Positions 1-8,885 of a stretch of 44,231 nt of DNA are shown piece by piece. Origin of the DNA: Candidatus Vogelbacteria bacterium (GTDB taxonomy: Bacteria > Patescibacteriota > Minisyncoccia > Phycocordibacterales > UBA12445); contig JACQCV010000032.1 of NCBI GenBank assembly GCA_016201465.1, positions 1 to 44,231 of the forward strand, read 5' to 3'. The position numbers were made by a program, and so were the translations under genes. How positions within the stretch are numbered: the first letter of the stretch is position 1; every line of letters starts with the position of its first letter. Below the pieces are notes generated by a model. The model was given only the letters and a program-made list of their open reading frames with translations. It was not told the DNA's origin and did no database searches.

Positions 1-70
1 CTCTCCTCGCACTCACTCCGGACTACCAGAGGCTATGACGACCAGTTAGTGCTGGGTTGCCTGGTAAAAT
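1..70 (-). ncRNA. rnpB: Probable RNase P RNA, 5' part (truncated by window edge)
   Basis: Minus strand reads ...CCAGGCAACCCA-GCACT(hairpin)AGTGC-GAGGAGAG, resembling the P1/P2/P3 layout followed by the conserved GAGGAAAGUCC motif; only ~70 nt visible. Confidence 0.45.
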
Positions 71-95
71 AAAACCCCCAACTAAAAGTTGGGGT
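67..95 (-). terminator. Intrinsic terminator after ABC transporter gene
   Basis: CCCCAACT-AAA-AGTTGGGG stem (76-94) followed by a U-rich tract on the minus strand. Confidence 0.6.
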
Positions 96-103
96 ATAAT
101 AAA

Positions 104-1906
104 TTACATGAACATTTGCGTTTCAACGAGTGTACGATATATCTCACAATTTTTCATCAGATCTTCGTGCTTACCCACTCCAACAACTCGCCCTTTGTCC
201 ATCACAATAATCTTATCCGCATCACGAACCGTTGAAAGTCTGTGAGCAATAATTATTGTAGTCCTTCCAAGTGATACTTCGTCTGTGGCTAATTTTATAA
301 TTTTCTCATTTATCGAATCTATGTTTGACGTAGCCTCGTCTAGAATAAGAATCGCGGGGTTTTTAATAATTGCCCGAGCGATACCAACCCTCTGTCTCTC
401 TCCACCAGAAAGCTCTATGCCATTCTCTCCTATTTCAGTTTCAAAACCTTCCGTCAAACGATCATAGAACTTGTCTATGCACGCAAGCTTAGCAACCCTC
501 TTTAAATCTTCATTGGTTATTGCCGCTCTTTGAGCAGCCGATAGACCGAACAAAATGTTGAATCTTAGGCTATCGTCAAATAATCCAACGTTCTGCTCAA
601 CTAAACCTATGCGACTTCTATAGTCTTCTATCTTGAGGTTTTTTAAATCCTCTTGATCTATTAGTATACGCCCAGCGTTAGGATCGTAAGCCCTCAAAAG
701 CAAATTTATGATGGTGGATTTACCGGCACCAGAAGATCCAACAATCGCGACCTTACTCCCAGCCTCTACCTTAAAACTAATATTCTTTAGTGTGTCCAGA
801 TCAACATTATCGTCTTTACCAATCTTAGAATTAGTCTCCTCCGTCTCAATATATCTCACCTTCGGATAACTGAAAGAGACGTTTTGAAATTCAACCGTAC
901 CAACCTTAGGATATCCTGGCAAAGCGCTTGAAACGTTTTTAATCTCCGGCTCTATATCCAAAATTTGAAAATAGATTTTAACGGCTGCCATCATATCCAA
1001 ACAACGACGGTGGAGATTACCAAGATTTGTGATATTTCCAAAAATCATTTGGGACCAGCCACTCACAATAATAAGATCACCCGGGGTTAAAACCTTCAAA
1101 GTTTCCACATAGTAAAAGCCGAAGTAAAGCACAAGGACGTGTGTTAGAATCATGGAAAGATTGCGAAGAAAATTATAGAAGTGATACTTAATGAAAAGCG
1201 TGATACTGCGTTCGTCATAATGTTTTTTGGTATCCTGAAAGAGATCAACTAAACTTATACCCTGCACATTGAGTATCACTAAAGAAATGTTTCTAAGTAG
1301 CTCGCTTCTTATCTTTTCTGATTTTTGAGAAATTTTTTCCAATTCCTTCATCTCTGGCCAAAATCGTTTGTTCATAAACCAGGAAATGACCAAGAATACA
1401 AAAGAGCCAGTAAATGTAATCAGAGCAATCTGCCAATTAATAAAAATTACAAATAAGCTAGCCAAAAATATCAGACAAAAAATTGGGCAGATTTCGTACA
1501 CAAAGGTAAAGGCTAAAGACGAAAGTGAGTGCTCGCCCTTATTTACCACACTCGCGGTAACGCCTGAATGTTGAGACCTATGTTGGCCAATAGAAAGATC
1601 TAGTACTTTCTCTAGAGTCTTAACTGCCATATGGCGTCTAACCGAGAAATCTACCGCCGACAATTCGTAGTTGTCTTTGAAGGTTCTGACACACAGAGCT
1701 ACAACTGACACGATACCGAAGAGAACAATCAATCCTCTTTCGGCACCAAAACCAGCACGGCTGTACAAAAGATTAAAAGTCTTACCAACAATATATGGTC
1801 CCAGCAAAGACAGAGCCTGCATGAATATCAACAGGAAAGCAATTACCAACATGCCAAATCTAAACGGCTGATAAATCTCGTAAACCCGGGACAGAAACTG
1901 TCTCAT
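104..1906 (-). CDS. ABC exporter half-transporter (TMD + NBD, MdlB/MsbA-like)
   Basis: N-terminal TM helices; Walker A GSSGAGKST, signature LSGGERQR, Walker B ILILDEATS, H-loop IAHRLST; SD AAAGGAG. Confidence 0.95.
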   Translation of the reverse strand: MRQFLSRVYEIYQPFRFGMLVIAFLLIFMQALSLLGPYIVGKTFNLLYSRAGFGAERGLIVLFGIVSVVALCVRTFKDNYELSAVDFSVRRHMAVKTLEKVLDLSIGQHRSQHSGVTASVVNKGEHSLSSLAFTFVYEICPIFCLIFLASLFVIFINWQIALITFTGSFVFLVISWFMNKRFWPEMKELEKISQKSEKIRSELLRNISLVILNVQGISLVDLFQDTKKHYDERSITLFIKYHFYNFLRNLSMILTHVLVLYFGFYYVETLKVLTPGDLIIVSGWSQMIFGNITNLGNLHRRCLDMMAAVKIYFQILDIEPEIKNVSSALPGYPKVGTVEFQNVSFSYPKVRYIETEETNSKIGKDDNVDLDTLKNISFKVEAGSKVAIVGSSGAGKSTIINLLLRAYDPNAGRILIDQEDLKNLKIEDYRSRIGLVEQNVGLFDDSLRFNILFGLSAAQRAAITNEDLKRVAKLACIDKFYDRLTEGFETEIGENGIELSGGERQRVGIARAIIKNPAILILDEATSNIDSINEKIIKLATDEVSLGRTTIIIAHRLSTVRDADKIIVMDKGRVVGVGKHEDLMKNCEIYRTLVETQMFM

Positions 1907-1932
1907 TCTTTTCTCCTTTCAAAGAACTATGA

Positions 1933-2004
1933 TGCCCTCGGCGTGAATTGAACACACATCTACCCCTTAGGACGGGGCTGTTCTATCCGTTGAACTACGA
2001 GGGC
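1933..2004 (-). tRNA. tRNA-Arg(CCT), CCA not encoded
   Basis: Cloverleaf GCCCTCG...CGAGGGC-A; anticodon arm GCCCC-GTCCTAA-GGGGT; T-loop TTCAATT. Confidence 0.93.
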
Positions 2005-2078
2005 GCATGAACTCAAACGCCTTTTAAACTAATGCAATTACTTTATAGTAATTTATAGCTTTTGACAACCAATTAAAC

Positions 2079-2106
2079 TTGACACTCTCTAGATCTTATA
2101 TATAAT
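2079..2106 (+). promoter_or_regulatory. Sigma70-type promoter of the 2130 gene
   Basis: TTGACA (2079-2084), 16 nt, TATAAT (2101-2106). Confidence 0.7.
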
Positions 2107-2129
2107 AATACACAGAGAGGAGGTACGGA

Positions 2130-2381
2130 GTGAAAACAAATCACCGTAGGCAATATGTAGACCCCGGATCATTTCGGGATAGATCCTGCCAGACCGTCGC
2201 CGTTTCGAAAATCACTGGTAAGTCGACTTCGATTCCTAACGATTTCAGCAATGGTCATCGTGGCCATGCGAAAAATATCCGCGGAGCGAAAAAGTTCATC
2301 CGCACTAGAGATCGAATCGCCAATAAGCATATCGCAATGAGAGAACTTCAAATAGTAATCGCGGAATCGGAAAGTGATTGA
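2130..2381 (+). CDS. Small basic hypothetical protein
   Basis: Promoter, SD GAGGAGGT before GTG, and downstream terminator form a complete transcription unit. Confidence 0.75.
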   Translation: MKTNHRRQYVDPGSFRDRSCQTVAVSKITGKSTSIPNDFSNGHRGHAKNIRGAKKFIRTRDRIANKHIAMRELQIVIAESESD

Positions 2382-2399
2382 TGTCGATCGATCGTCACC

Positions 2400-2438
2400 A
2401 AGGCCGTTGTGTTGAAAACATAACGGCCTTTTTCTTTT
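2400..2438 (+). terminator. Intrinsic terminator
   Basis: AAGGCCGTTGTGTT / AACATAACGGCCTT stem followed by a T tract. Confidence 0.75.
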
Positions 2439-2447
2439 AGGTGAAAC

Positions 2448-2750
2448 TTAACCTATTCTGCTCTTAACCAAAGAAATTACCTTATCGTAGTTGTCATTTT
2501 GTGATAACTTATTTCGCTTCTCATGACCACAAGCCATACATCTATGAACGAGGGCTTCCTCACCACCGTCTTTTTCGAATCTACTCGGCTCCATCAATCC
2601 ACAACATAAATCCAATCTGTCTCCAGGAATTACATCTACGTGCTTACTCCACAAACACTCCGGGCAATGATTTGTATACCCATTTCCAACGACAAAAAAA
2701 CTACATTTTTCGCATGTAAAATCTTCTTTATTTTTTTTAAAATTCTTCAT
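2448..2750 (-). CDS. RNHCP domain protein (Zn-binding)
   Basis: FTCEKC...GYTNHCPECLWSKHVD..PGDR...C.GLMEP...HRC..CG motif. Confidence 0.9.
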   Translation of the reverse strand: MKNFKKNKEDFTCEKCSFFVVGNGYTNHCPECLWSKHVDVIPGDRLDLCCGLMEPSRFEKDGGEEALVHRCMACGHEKRNKLSQNDNYDKVISLVKSRIG

Positions 2751-2790
2751 ATTAAAATGATACCCCGACTTGCGCCGGGGCGAAACTTAT

Positions 2791-3135
2791 TCAATCTTCT
2801 ATCAGATCTGGATCAAGAATCTCCGCGTCATCTTCGTCATCATCAGTAAGAGACTCACAGACGTCGCCGTCAATCGAAAGAGAATCATAATCAATTCTCA
2901 AAACTAACTCATTCTTACCAGACTTCTCGTCTGGCTCAACGATATAGTCGAAGTGTCTAATGCGCGGGGTAGAATTAGCACTTGTCCCGCCTTCATCAAA
3001 GGTCCCTAGCCATTTTTGGAGTCTACGGTTGACGCGCAAGTACATCTCATTATCTTTCTCCTTGCGCGAGTCACCACCCCATCCATCCGTAACAAACGTC
3101 TGTCCCCTAATGACCTTAAATGTTTTATCAGCCAC
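2791..3135 (-). CDS. Hypothetical protein with acidic C-terminus
   Basis: ORF with SD GGAG, 3 nt downstream of the HAD-like gene; hairpin CCCCG..CGGGG downstream. Confidence 0.65.
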   Translation of the reverse strand: MADKTFKVIRGQTFVTDGWGGDSRKEKDNEMYLRVNRRLQKWLGTFDEGGTSANSTPRIRHFDYIVEPDEKSGKNELVLRIDYDSLSIDGDVCESLTDDDEDDAEILDPDLIED

Positions 3136-3138
3136 TAC

Positions 3139-3642
3139 TCATTCTCCTTTCGCCAACTCCGCAGCAAGAATCTCTTGCCATGAATCTACCTTCTTGACCC
3201 GACCAAAATAGTGAGCAAATCGCCGCATTTCATCTGGTCGTGGCTGAAATAGGTAAAGAGTATCAACCTTGATCAAACTGCCCAAAACCTCCAATCTGTC
3301 GTCGACGAAATTGGTAATACCCAACTTCTCACAAATACCCGCCTTTTGCCATCTTTCACGACAAAAATACAAATGATCTCGACGAATACCAGTTAGCTCA
3401 TAGAATCGATGGTGATCCAACCATCTCAAGGTTTTTTCCTGAACCTTACGGCCACACTTAGAGACAAGAAAAACGTTACTGCCAAAACGCTTTTCGACGA
3501 GCTGTCGTAAAGCATCAAAAGCCCCTGTCACCGCAGTAGTCTTCAGATAATTATCAGAAAAAAATGAGGTGTCGGTTCCATCATTGACCCGATCAATAAT
3601 AACCCCACCAATATCGACACCCAGAATTCTTCGATCTCGCAC
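3139..3642 (-). CDS. HAD-superfamily-like protein
   Basis: Motif I-like LGVDIGGVI, motif II LVS, K and FVDDR motifs; SD AAAGGAG. Confidence 0.7.
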   Translation of the reverse strand: MRDRRILGVDIGGVIIDRVNDGTDTSFFSDNYLKTTAVTGAFDALRQLVEKRFGSNVFLVSKCGRKVQEKTLRWLDHHRFYELTGIRRDHLYFCRERWQKAGICEKLGITNFVDDRLEVLGSLIKVDTLYLFQPRPDEMRRFAHYFGRVKKVDSWQEILAAELAKGE

Positions 3643-3736
3643 CGATATCTCCTTTCAATGTACCGTTTCCGATTCAAACACTGTATCTAAATTTTTTAAG
3701 ATCATAGCATATATAGCTTATAACGTCAAAGTACCC

Positions 3737-4756
3737 CTACTTTTTCCTGACTTCAACACTTTTTAGATACTCCTGAATTACCGGGATTTTACTTAAATAA
3801 TTTTCAAACATGTCTACATACCCATTATCTAAATATTCCCCGGCATAGTCACCAGCCTCTTGAGGGTACTCCATGATCGGAGTTGTTAAATAGCCACCAA
3901 ATGCCCAGTCAGCCTTAAGTCCTGTAGATGTTACCTTCGACTTAGCAACCTCAATTCCCCCAATCCAAGCCTGCCCCTTATTATTCCTACAAAACATGAA
4001 ATTAAACTTGCCGTCCTTAGATGGGAACACGTCGACATGATAAGACCCCTGTTTTTCTGTCTCTTCGCTCCACTCCATAATTTTTTTCGAAAAATCTGGC
4101 GACTCATATTTTAAACCCAAATCCTTGGGTGGCGTTTTTTTATAGCGCGACCCATAAAATTTGCCAATTAACCTTTCCGGGTCCGGTTTAACATCATAGT
4201 AATAATCATTCTGGCTCTCGGCTGTTCCATAGTGAGTTGTTCTAATCAAACCGATAGTACCAAAAAGTATAGAATCTGGCTTAGACACTTCTACCACCCC
4301 ATTCAGGCGCAAATCATCCGACAGAGCTTTCTGTAAAGTTATAGGAAGATTTAAACTTTCCGCGTTACGTCCCTTACCATAACTTCCGTCCATTCCATAA
4401 TCGGGAATATACCGCCATACGCCATGTGAATTTGATCTGTAATATGATCGCGCCACGTAAAATTCTTTAGATGGAATATTGCTTGTCTTTGATTTAACAA
4501 ATGCCAAAATGCCCACCCTACCACCTCCAAGGTTGTACGGTACGGACAATGCAATCTCTCTATCATCTACAATGGTCACGTACTTAGGTAATAAACCTTC
4601 AATTTTTATATCTTCCTCTGAAAGTACTACTGATCCCTCTGCTGTGATACATAAATTTGACATTACCCCATTTACATAATTCTCATCAACAGACTCAAAA
4701 ACCAGGCTATTAACCTTATCATATTTTACACCTGGTGATTCTACTTTGTTTTTCAT
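3737..4756 (-). CDS. Hypothetical protein
   Basis: Long ORF; start moved to ATG 4756 (MKNKVES) because the track start overlaps tRNA-Gly. Confidence 0.8.
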   Translation of the reverse strand: MKNKVESPGVKYDKVNSLVFESVDENYVNGVMSNLCITAEGSVVLSEEDIKIEGLLPKYVTIVDDREIALSVPYNLGGGRVGILAFVKSKTSNIPSKEFYVARSYYRSNSHGVWRYIPDYGMDGSYGKGRNAESLNLPITLQKALSDDLRLNGVVEVSKPDSILFGTIGLIRTTHYGTAESQNDYYYDVKPDPERLIGKFYGSRYKKTPPKDLGLKYESPDFSKKIMEWSEETEKQGSYHVDVFPSKDGKFNFMFCRNNKGQAWIGGIEVAKSKVTSTGLKADWAFGGYLTTPIMEYPQEAGDYAGEYLDNGYVDMFENYLSKIPVIQEYLKSVEVRKK

Positions 4757-4765
4757 AAAATTTTT

Positions 4766-4839
4766 TGGTGCGAGTGAGGGGAATCGAACCCCTGTCCGAT
4801 GCTTGGGAAGCACCAGTTTTACCACTAAACCACACTCGC
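4766..4839 (-). tRNA. tRNA-Gly(CCC), CCA encoded
   Basis: GCGAGTG...CACTCGC-ACCA acceptor; anticodon arm GGTGC-TTCCCAA-GCATC; GGTTCGATTCC. Confidence 0.96.
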
Positions 4840-4842
4840 TAA

Positions 4843-5229
4843 TTAAAATCCAATTAACTTTAAAAACTTACCCCAAATACCGTCACCATCTCGTGGTGTC
4901 TGACTTGCATCGGTAGCTGACACTGGATCATCTACCACAACCAACACTTCCTCCCCATTTTTCGTTACTTGAAACTTACTCCGAAGCTCCTCCTCGATAC
5001 CTCGGCTTGTCTTCAATTTAGCAATTTCAGTCTGCAACCTCTCTTCCTTATCCTTTAAGATGTTAAGTTTTCGCTCGGATTCGATTCTATTTATATTAGC
5101 GACCTGATCCTTTTTGTAAATACCATAAACACTATTTGCTATCACACTGGCCACTGTTAGCAACAAAATAGAAAAGATTGGGGATTGAAAGAAGTGCCTA
5201 CGATTTCTTCTTTCTTGTAAGTTAAGCAT
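4843..5229 (-). CDS. Septum formation initiator family (FtsB/DivIC-like)
   Basis: Single TM, coiled coil, then GIEEELRSKFQVTKNGEEVLVVV. Confidence 0.75.
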   Translation of the reverse strand: MLNLQERRNRRHFFQSPIFSILLLTVASVIANSVYGIYKKDQVANINRIESERKLNILKDKEERLQTEIAKLKTSRGIEEELRSKFQVTKNGEEVLVVVDDPVSATDASQTPRDGDGIWGKFLKLIGF

Positions 5230-5252
5230 TAGTATATTATATTATACTGACG

Positions 5253-5369
5253 ATGTTATTCAAAAAAAGAAATAAAAAAAGGATAAATATAGCTTGGGGA
5301 GTGCTCTGTCTATTTATCATTGTTAGTATGATCATTCTCTATATCCCGGGACTATTTGGTAGATTTTAA
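5253..5369 (+). CDS. 38-aa single-TM microprotein (not in ORF track)
   Basis: MLFKKRNKKRINIAWGVLCLFIIVSMIILYIPGLFGRF: basic N-terminus plus one TM; TATACT upstream; fills the gap between ftsB-like and lepA. Confidence 0.65.
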   Translation: MLFKKRNKKRINIAWGVLCLFIIVSMIILYIPGLFGRF

Positions 5370-7159
5370 TCTGACGATCTCATTACCTTAAGGAAAACAT
5401 CTTGAGGAATGTTAACCTTGCCAAGTTTCTTCATTTTGAGTTTACCTTTTTTTTGTTTTTCTCTAAGTTTCATTTTTCGTGTTATATCTCCACCATATAG
5501 ATAACCGGCAACGTCTTTTTTCATCCCAGAAACCGACCGAGATGCCAGTATTCTGCCCAAGGCCTGTGCCTGAATCTTAAAATCAAACATCTGTCTGGGT
5601 AGGGAGTTTTTTAATTTCTCTACAATTTTTTCCGCATCCTCTTGAACTATTCTCCTGGCGACCACTCTACTAAATGACGGATATAGCTCATCAGCAATGA
5701 TTACATCAAGCCTAACAACATCAGCCTCTCTAAGTCCAGCAACCTTATACGATAATGATGCGAATCCCGAAGAGACACTCTTAAGCTTGTCAAAAAAATT
5801 ACGCATTAGCTCCCTTAAAGGCATCTCAATTTCTATTGAATTCCTATTGTCACTAAAAACCTCAGTGGAACCGACAACCACCTCATGCTCATGGAACATT
5901 TGCATTATTTCTCCTAGGTACTGTGGTGGTGTAATGATTATAGCCGAAACCCATGGCTCACAAACCCTCTTTTTCACACTTTCATCCGGGAACAATGATG
6001 CGGCATGCACAATCTCCTTTTTTCCGGCATCAAGATACTCAATTTCATAACTGACAGTCGGAGACGTAATAACTAAAGATAAACCAAATTCTCTCTTCAA
6101 TCTTTCTGTAATAATCTCCAAATGTAACATCCCCAGGAAGCCACACTTGAATCCTCTTCCTAAAGAAGTTGACGATTCTTCTTCATATGCCAAAGAAGAA
6201 TCGGACAATTTCAACCGTTCCAATGCCTGTCTCAGTAAAGTGAAATCGTCTTGGCTTTCGGGATAAATAGATGCCCAAACAACTGGCCGAGGTTCCATGT
6301 AGCCAACCATTGCCGGTAACCTCTTATTTGCAAGCGTAATTGTGTCACCAACTTTAGTCTGACCAATTTTCTTAATTCCAGTCACAATATAACCAATGGA
6401 ACCAGCACTAAGTTCTGCACACGCTACCTTTCCTGGTATGAATATTCCAACCTCACCAACTTCGAACCTTTCATTTGATGCGAGAAAAACCATACTGTCC
6501 TTGGCTTTTATTGATCCATCAAATACTCTAACGTAAATAATTATTCCACGGTGAGCCGAATACTCAAAATCAAATACTAGTGCCCTAGATCCCGATCCAA
6601 CCGAGAGAGTTTCTCTGGGTGGAGGAATTCTTTCAATAATTGCCCTAAGCAAATTTTCAACTCCAAAACCGGTTTTACCAGACGTTTCCACAATTGATAT
6701 CGGGTCACAACCAAGAAGTGACATGATTTCATCCTTAACAATATCTAACTGAGCACTTGGTAAATCAACCTTATTGAGCACCGGAATAATAGCGACGCCC
6801 AGTTCTCTGGCCATAGCCAACACGGTAAGTGTCTGGGCCTGCACACCCTGAGTAGCATCAACGAGAAGTATCGCTCCCTCCACAGCCTTAAGGGACCTTG
6901 AAACTTCATATGAAAAATCGATATGGCCCGGCGTATCAATAAGATTTAAAATATATGGTACAGAATTTAGCGTATATTCCATTCGCACGGGCTGCATTTT
7001 AATCGTGATACCTCGTTCTCTTTCAAGTTCCATCGTGTCTAGTACCTGGTCACGCATCTTCCTACTTTCAATTGTTTTTGTAAACTCAAGCATCCTATCA
7101 GACAAGGTACTCTTACCGTGATCAATATGCGCGATAATAGAAAAATTGCGAATATTCAT
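5366..7159 (-). CDS. lepA: Elongation factor 4
   Basis: IRNFSIIAHIDHGKSTL, DTPGH, NKVD, C-terminal YGGDITRKMKL. Confidence 0.98.
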   Translation of the reverse strand: MNIRNFSIIAHIDHGKSTLSDRMLEFTKTIESRKMRDQVLDTMELERERGITIKMQPVRMEYTLNSVPYILNLIDTPGHIDFSYEVSRSLKAVEGAILLVDATQGVQAQTLTVLAMARELGVAIIPVLNKVDLPSAQLDIVKDEIMSLLGCDPISIVETSGKTGFGVENLLRAIIERIPPPRETLSVGSGSRALVFDFEYSAHRGIIIYVRVFDGSIKAKDSMVFLASNERFEVGEVGIFIPGKVACAELSAGSIGYIVTGIKKIGQTKVGDTITLANKRLPAMVGYMEPRPVVWASIYPESQDDFTLLRQALERLKLSDSSLAYEEESSTSLGRGFKCGFLGMLHLEIITERLKREFGLSLVITSPTVSYEIEYLDAGKKEIVHAASLFPDESVKKRVCEPWVSAIIITPPQYLGEIMQMFHEHEVVVGSTEVFSDNRNSIEIEMPLRELMRNFFDKLKSVSSGFASLSYKVAGLREADVVRLDVIIADELYPSFSRVVARRIVQEDAEKIVEKLKNSLPRQMFDFKIQAQALGRILASRSVSGMKKDVAGYLYGGDITRKMKLREKQKKGKLKMKKLGKVNIPQDVFLKVMRSSD

Positions 7160-7202
7160 TAGTCGCTAAATCATAATGGAAAAGTGTCAAAAATACTAGC
7201 AC

Positions 7203-8885
7203 TTAAAGCTGATCCTGGTTTGGAATTGTAATCGATATAAAACCAAGCTTTTTTTTAAATGTTGATGCTAACTCGTGAACCTCCTGGTTGCCCAATATGA
7301 CCAAAACTGCTACCCCAGAAAGTATTGCGATACAAGCGGCAAAAGTTCCTTGAATCAACACCCCGACAAATGTATTAAGATTTAGGTATTGTGCAAGAAC
7401 AAATAGTGTCGCATGCCCCGTAATATCCATTACCAATGATGCAAGCAAGATATGTGAAAAAGTTCTCGCCAGATCACCAGAAAAATAAAACTTGAGATCC
7501 CTCCTAAGATAAAACCACTCAAGAGCAAAGTTAGCGAATGCTCCAATACTATATGCTAGGGGTAAAATCAAAACCTCCTGGCCAGTCACATCACTTATCT
7601 TAAGAAAACTTATAATACCAGAAAAAAGAGTTGGGAAAATAGAAAAAAAACTTGGCAACACTAAAGCAAGTACCACGATTGTCAAAGATCCAAACAAGTT
7701 GGTGACCACCGGAACTTTTGTTTTGTGGCGTGCGTAATAAGAACGATCTAGCATTAAAACAACACTTTGGAAAACAACACCGAGGGCAAAGACTGCAAGA
7801 CATGCCGCTGTCAATCTAGTGTCATTCCAGCCAAAGTGACCGCTCCCTAATATAACGCGGACAATCTGAGCACGTAAAACAATAAGGAGGGATACGAACG
7901 GCAAGACCCAAAATAATATATGCCTAATACCCACCAATACGCACTGCGCAAACTCCTCCAGTTTATTTTCCGCGCTAAGTCTCGAAAGTAACGGGAACGC
8001 GGCAACTGAATAGCTAATACCAATTAGAGATATCGGCACAGATTGCAAGTTATATGCGAAATTAAAAACGGCAATCGATCCGGAAGTCATATAAGAAGCC
8101 TTCATGATTAAAAAAGTGACCGCTAACTGAAGTGCTCCTAAACCAAGAGTTCTTGGAAGCGAACGTAAGATAACGACCTTAATATCTTCAAAATTAAAGT
8201 CTAGGATAAATCTTGGAAACAAACCACTTGAGATAATTGTCGGAACTTGTATAGCCACGTGTAAGAACGCCCCAAGTACAACTCCATACACAAGACCAGG
8301 AAAACCCCAAATCGGATAAAAAACTACAATTCCCATAATAATTCCCAAATTATATAAAATTGGACATAAAGCGAAAATCATAAATTTACGCTTCGCCTGA
8401 GTCACTGAGCCGAGTAAATTTGAAAGCCCAAGCAGTAGTGGAGAAAAAAGTAAAACCCGCACCGCAACCAATAACTGTGCCTGCTCAGAGGTTGAAAATC
8501 CGGGGACAAATAGTCGATTAAGCTGTGGTGTAAAAAGAAACACAACAACCATTGTTGGCACCATAATTAAAGTAAAGAGGGTGAACAAATTATCCATAAA
8601 CCGCTTATCCGCGATAATATCGTTACGACTACTTCTTTCGATTATAATAGGAATCAAAACAGTAACAGCAAGAAAAGATCCGACCGAAACGAAGATCAGA
8701 TCTGGTATCCTGAAGGCAGCGTAATAAACATCAAGAACGGTACTTGCACCAAAAGTATGGGCAAGCAATCTATCGCGTAATAAGCCTAAAAGCTGGGATG
8801 CCAACGATGCCAAACTTAGAAGAAAAGCGGCCTGATGCAGACCGCTAAACTCTCTATTGAAGAAATTAAGAATCCCTTTAACCAT
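7203..8885 (-). CDS. murJ: Lipid II flippase MurJ/MviN
   Basis: LLGLLRDRLLA..FGA...DVYYAAFRIPD motif; multi-TM. Confidence 0.92.
   Translation of the reverse strand: MVKGILNFFNREFSGLHQAAFLLSLASLASQLLGLLRDRLLAHTFGASTVLDVYYAAFRIPDLIFVSVGSFLAVTVLIPIIIERSSRNDIIADKRFMDNLFTLFTLIMVPTMVVVFLFTPQLNRLFVPGFSTSEQAQLLVAVRVLLFSPLLLGLSNLLGSVTQAKRKFMIFALCPILYNLGIIMGIVVFYPIWGFPGLVYGVVLGAFLHVAIQVPTIISSGLFPRFILDFNFEDIKVVILRSLPRTLGLGALQLAVTFLIMKASYMTSGSIAVFNFAYNLQSVPISLIGISYSVAAFPLLSRLSAENKLEEFAQCVLVGIRHILFWVLPFVSLLIVLRAQIVRVILGSGHFGWNDTRLTAACLAVFALGVVFQSVVLMLDRSYYARHKTKVPVVTNLFGSLTIVVLALVLPSFFSIFPTLFSGIISFLKISDVTGQEVLILPLAYSIGAFANFALEWFYLRRDLKFYFSGDLARTFSHILLASLVMDITGHATLFVLAQYLNLNTFVGVLIQGTFAACIAILSGVAVLVILGNQEVHELASTFKKKLGFISITIPNQDQL

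Noticed and set aside
4757..4825. N-terminal extension of the 362-aa ORF
   Set aside because: It is the translation of tRNA-Gly; ATG 4756 is the plausible start
1933..4839. tRNA-bounded integrated island
   Set aside because: No duplicated tRNA 3' fragment and no integrase found
7170..7190. TTGACA/TATGAT as a paired lepA promoter
   Set aside because: Spacer is only 9 nt; only the -10-like box was used as evidence
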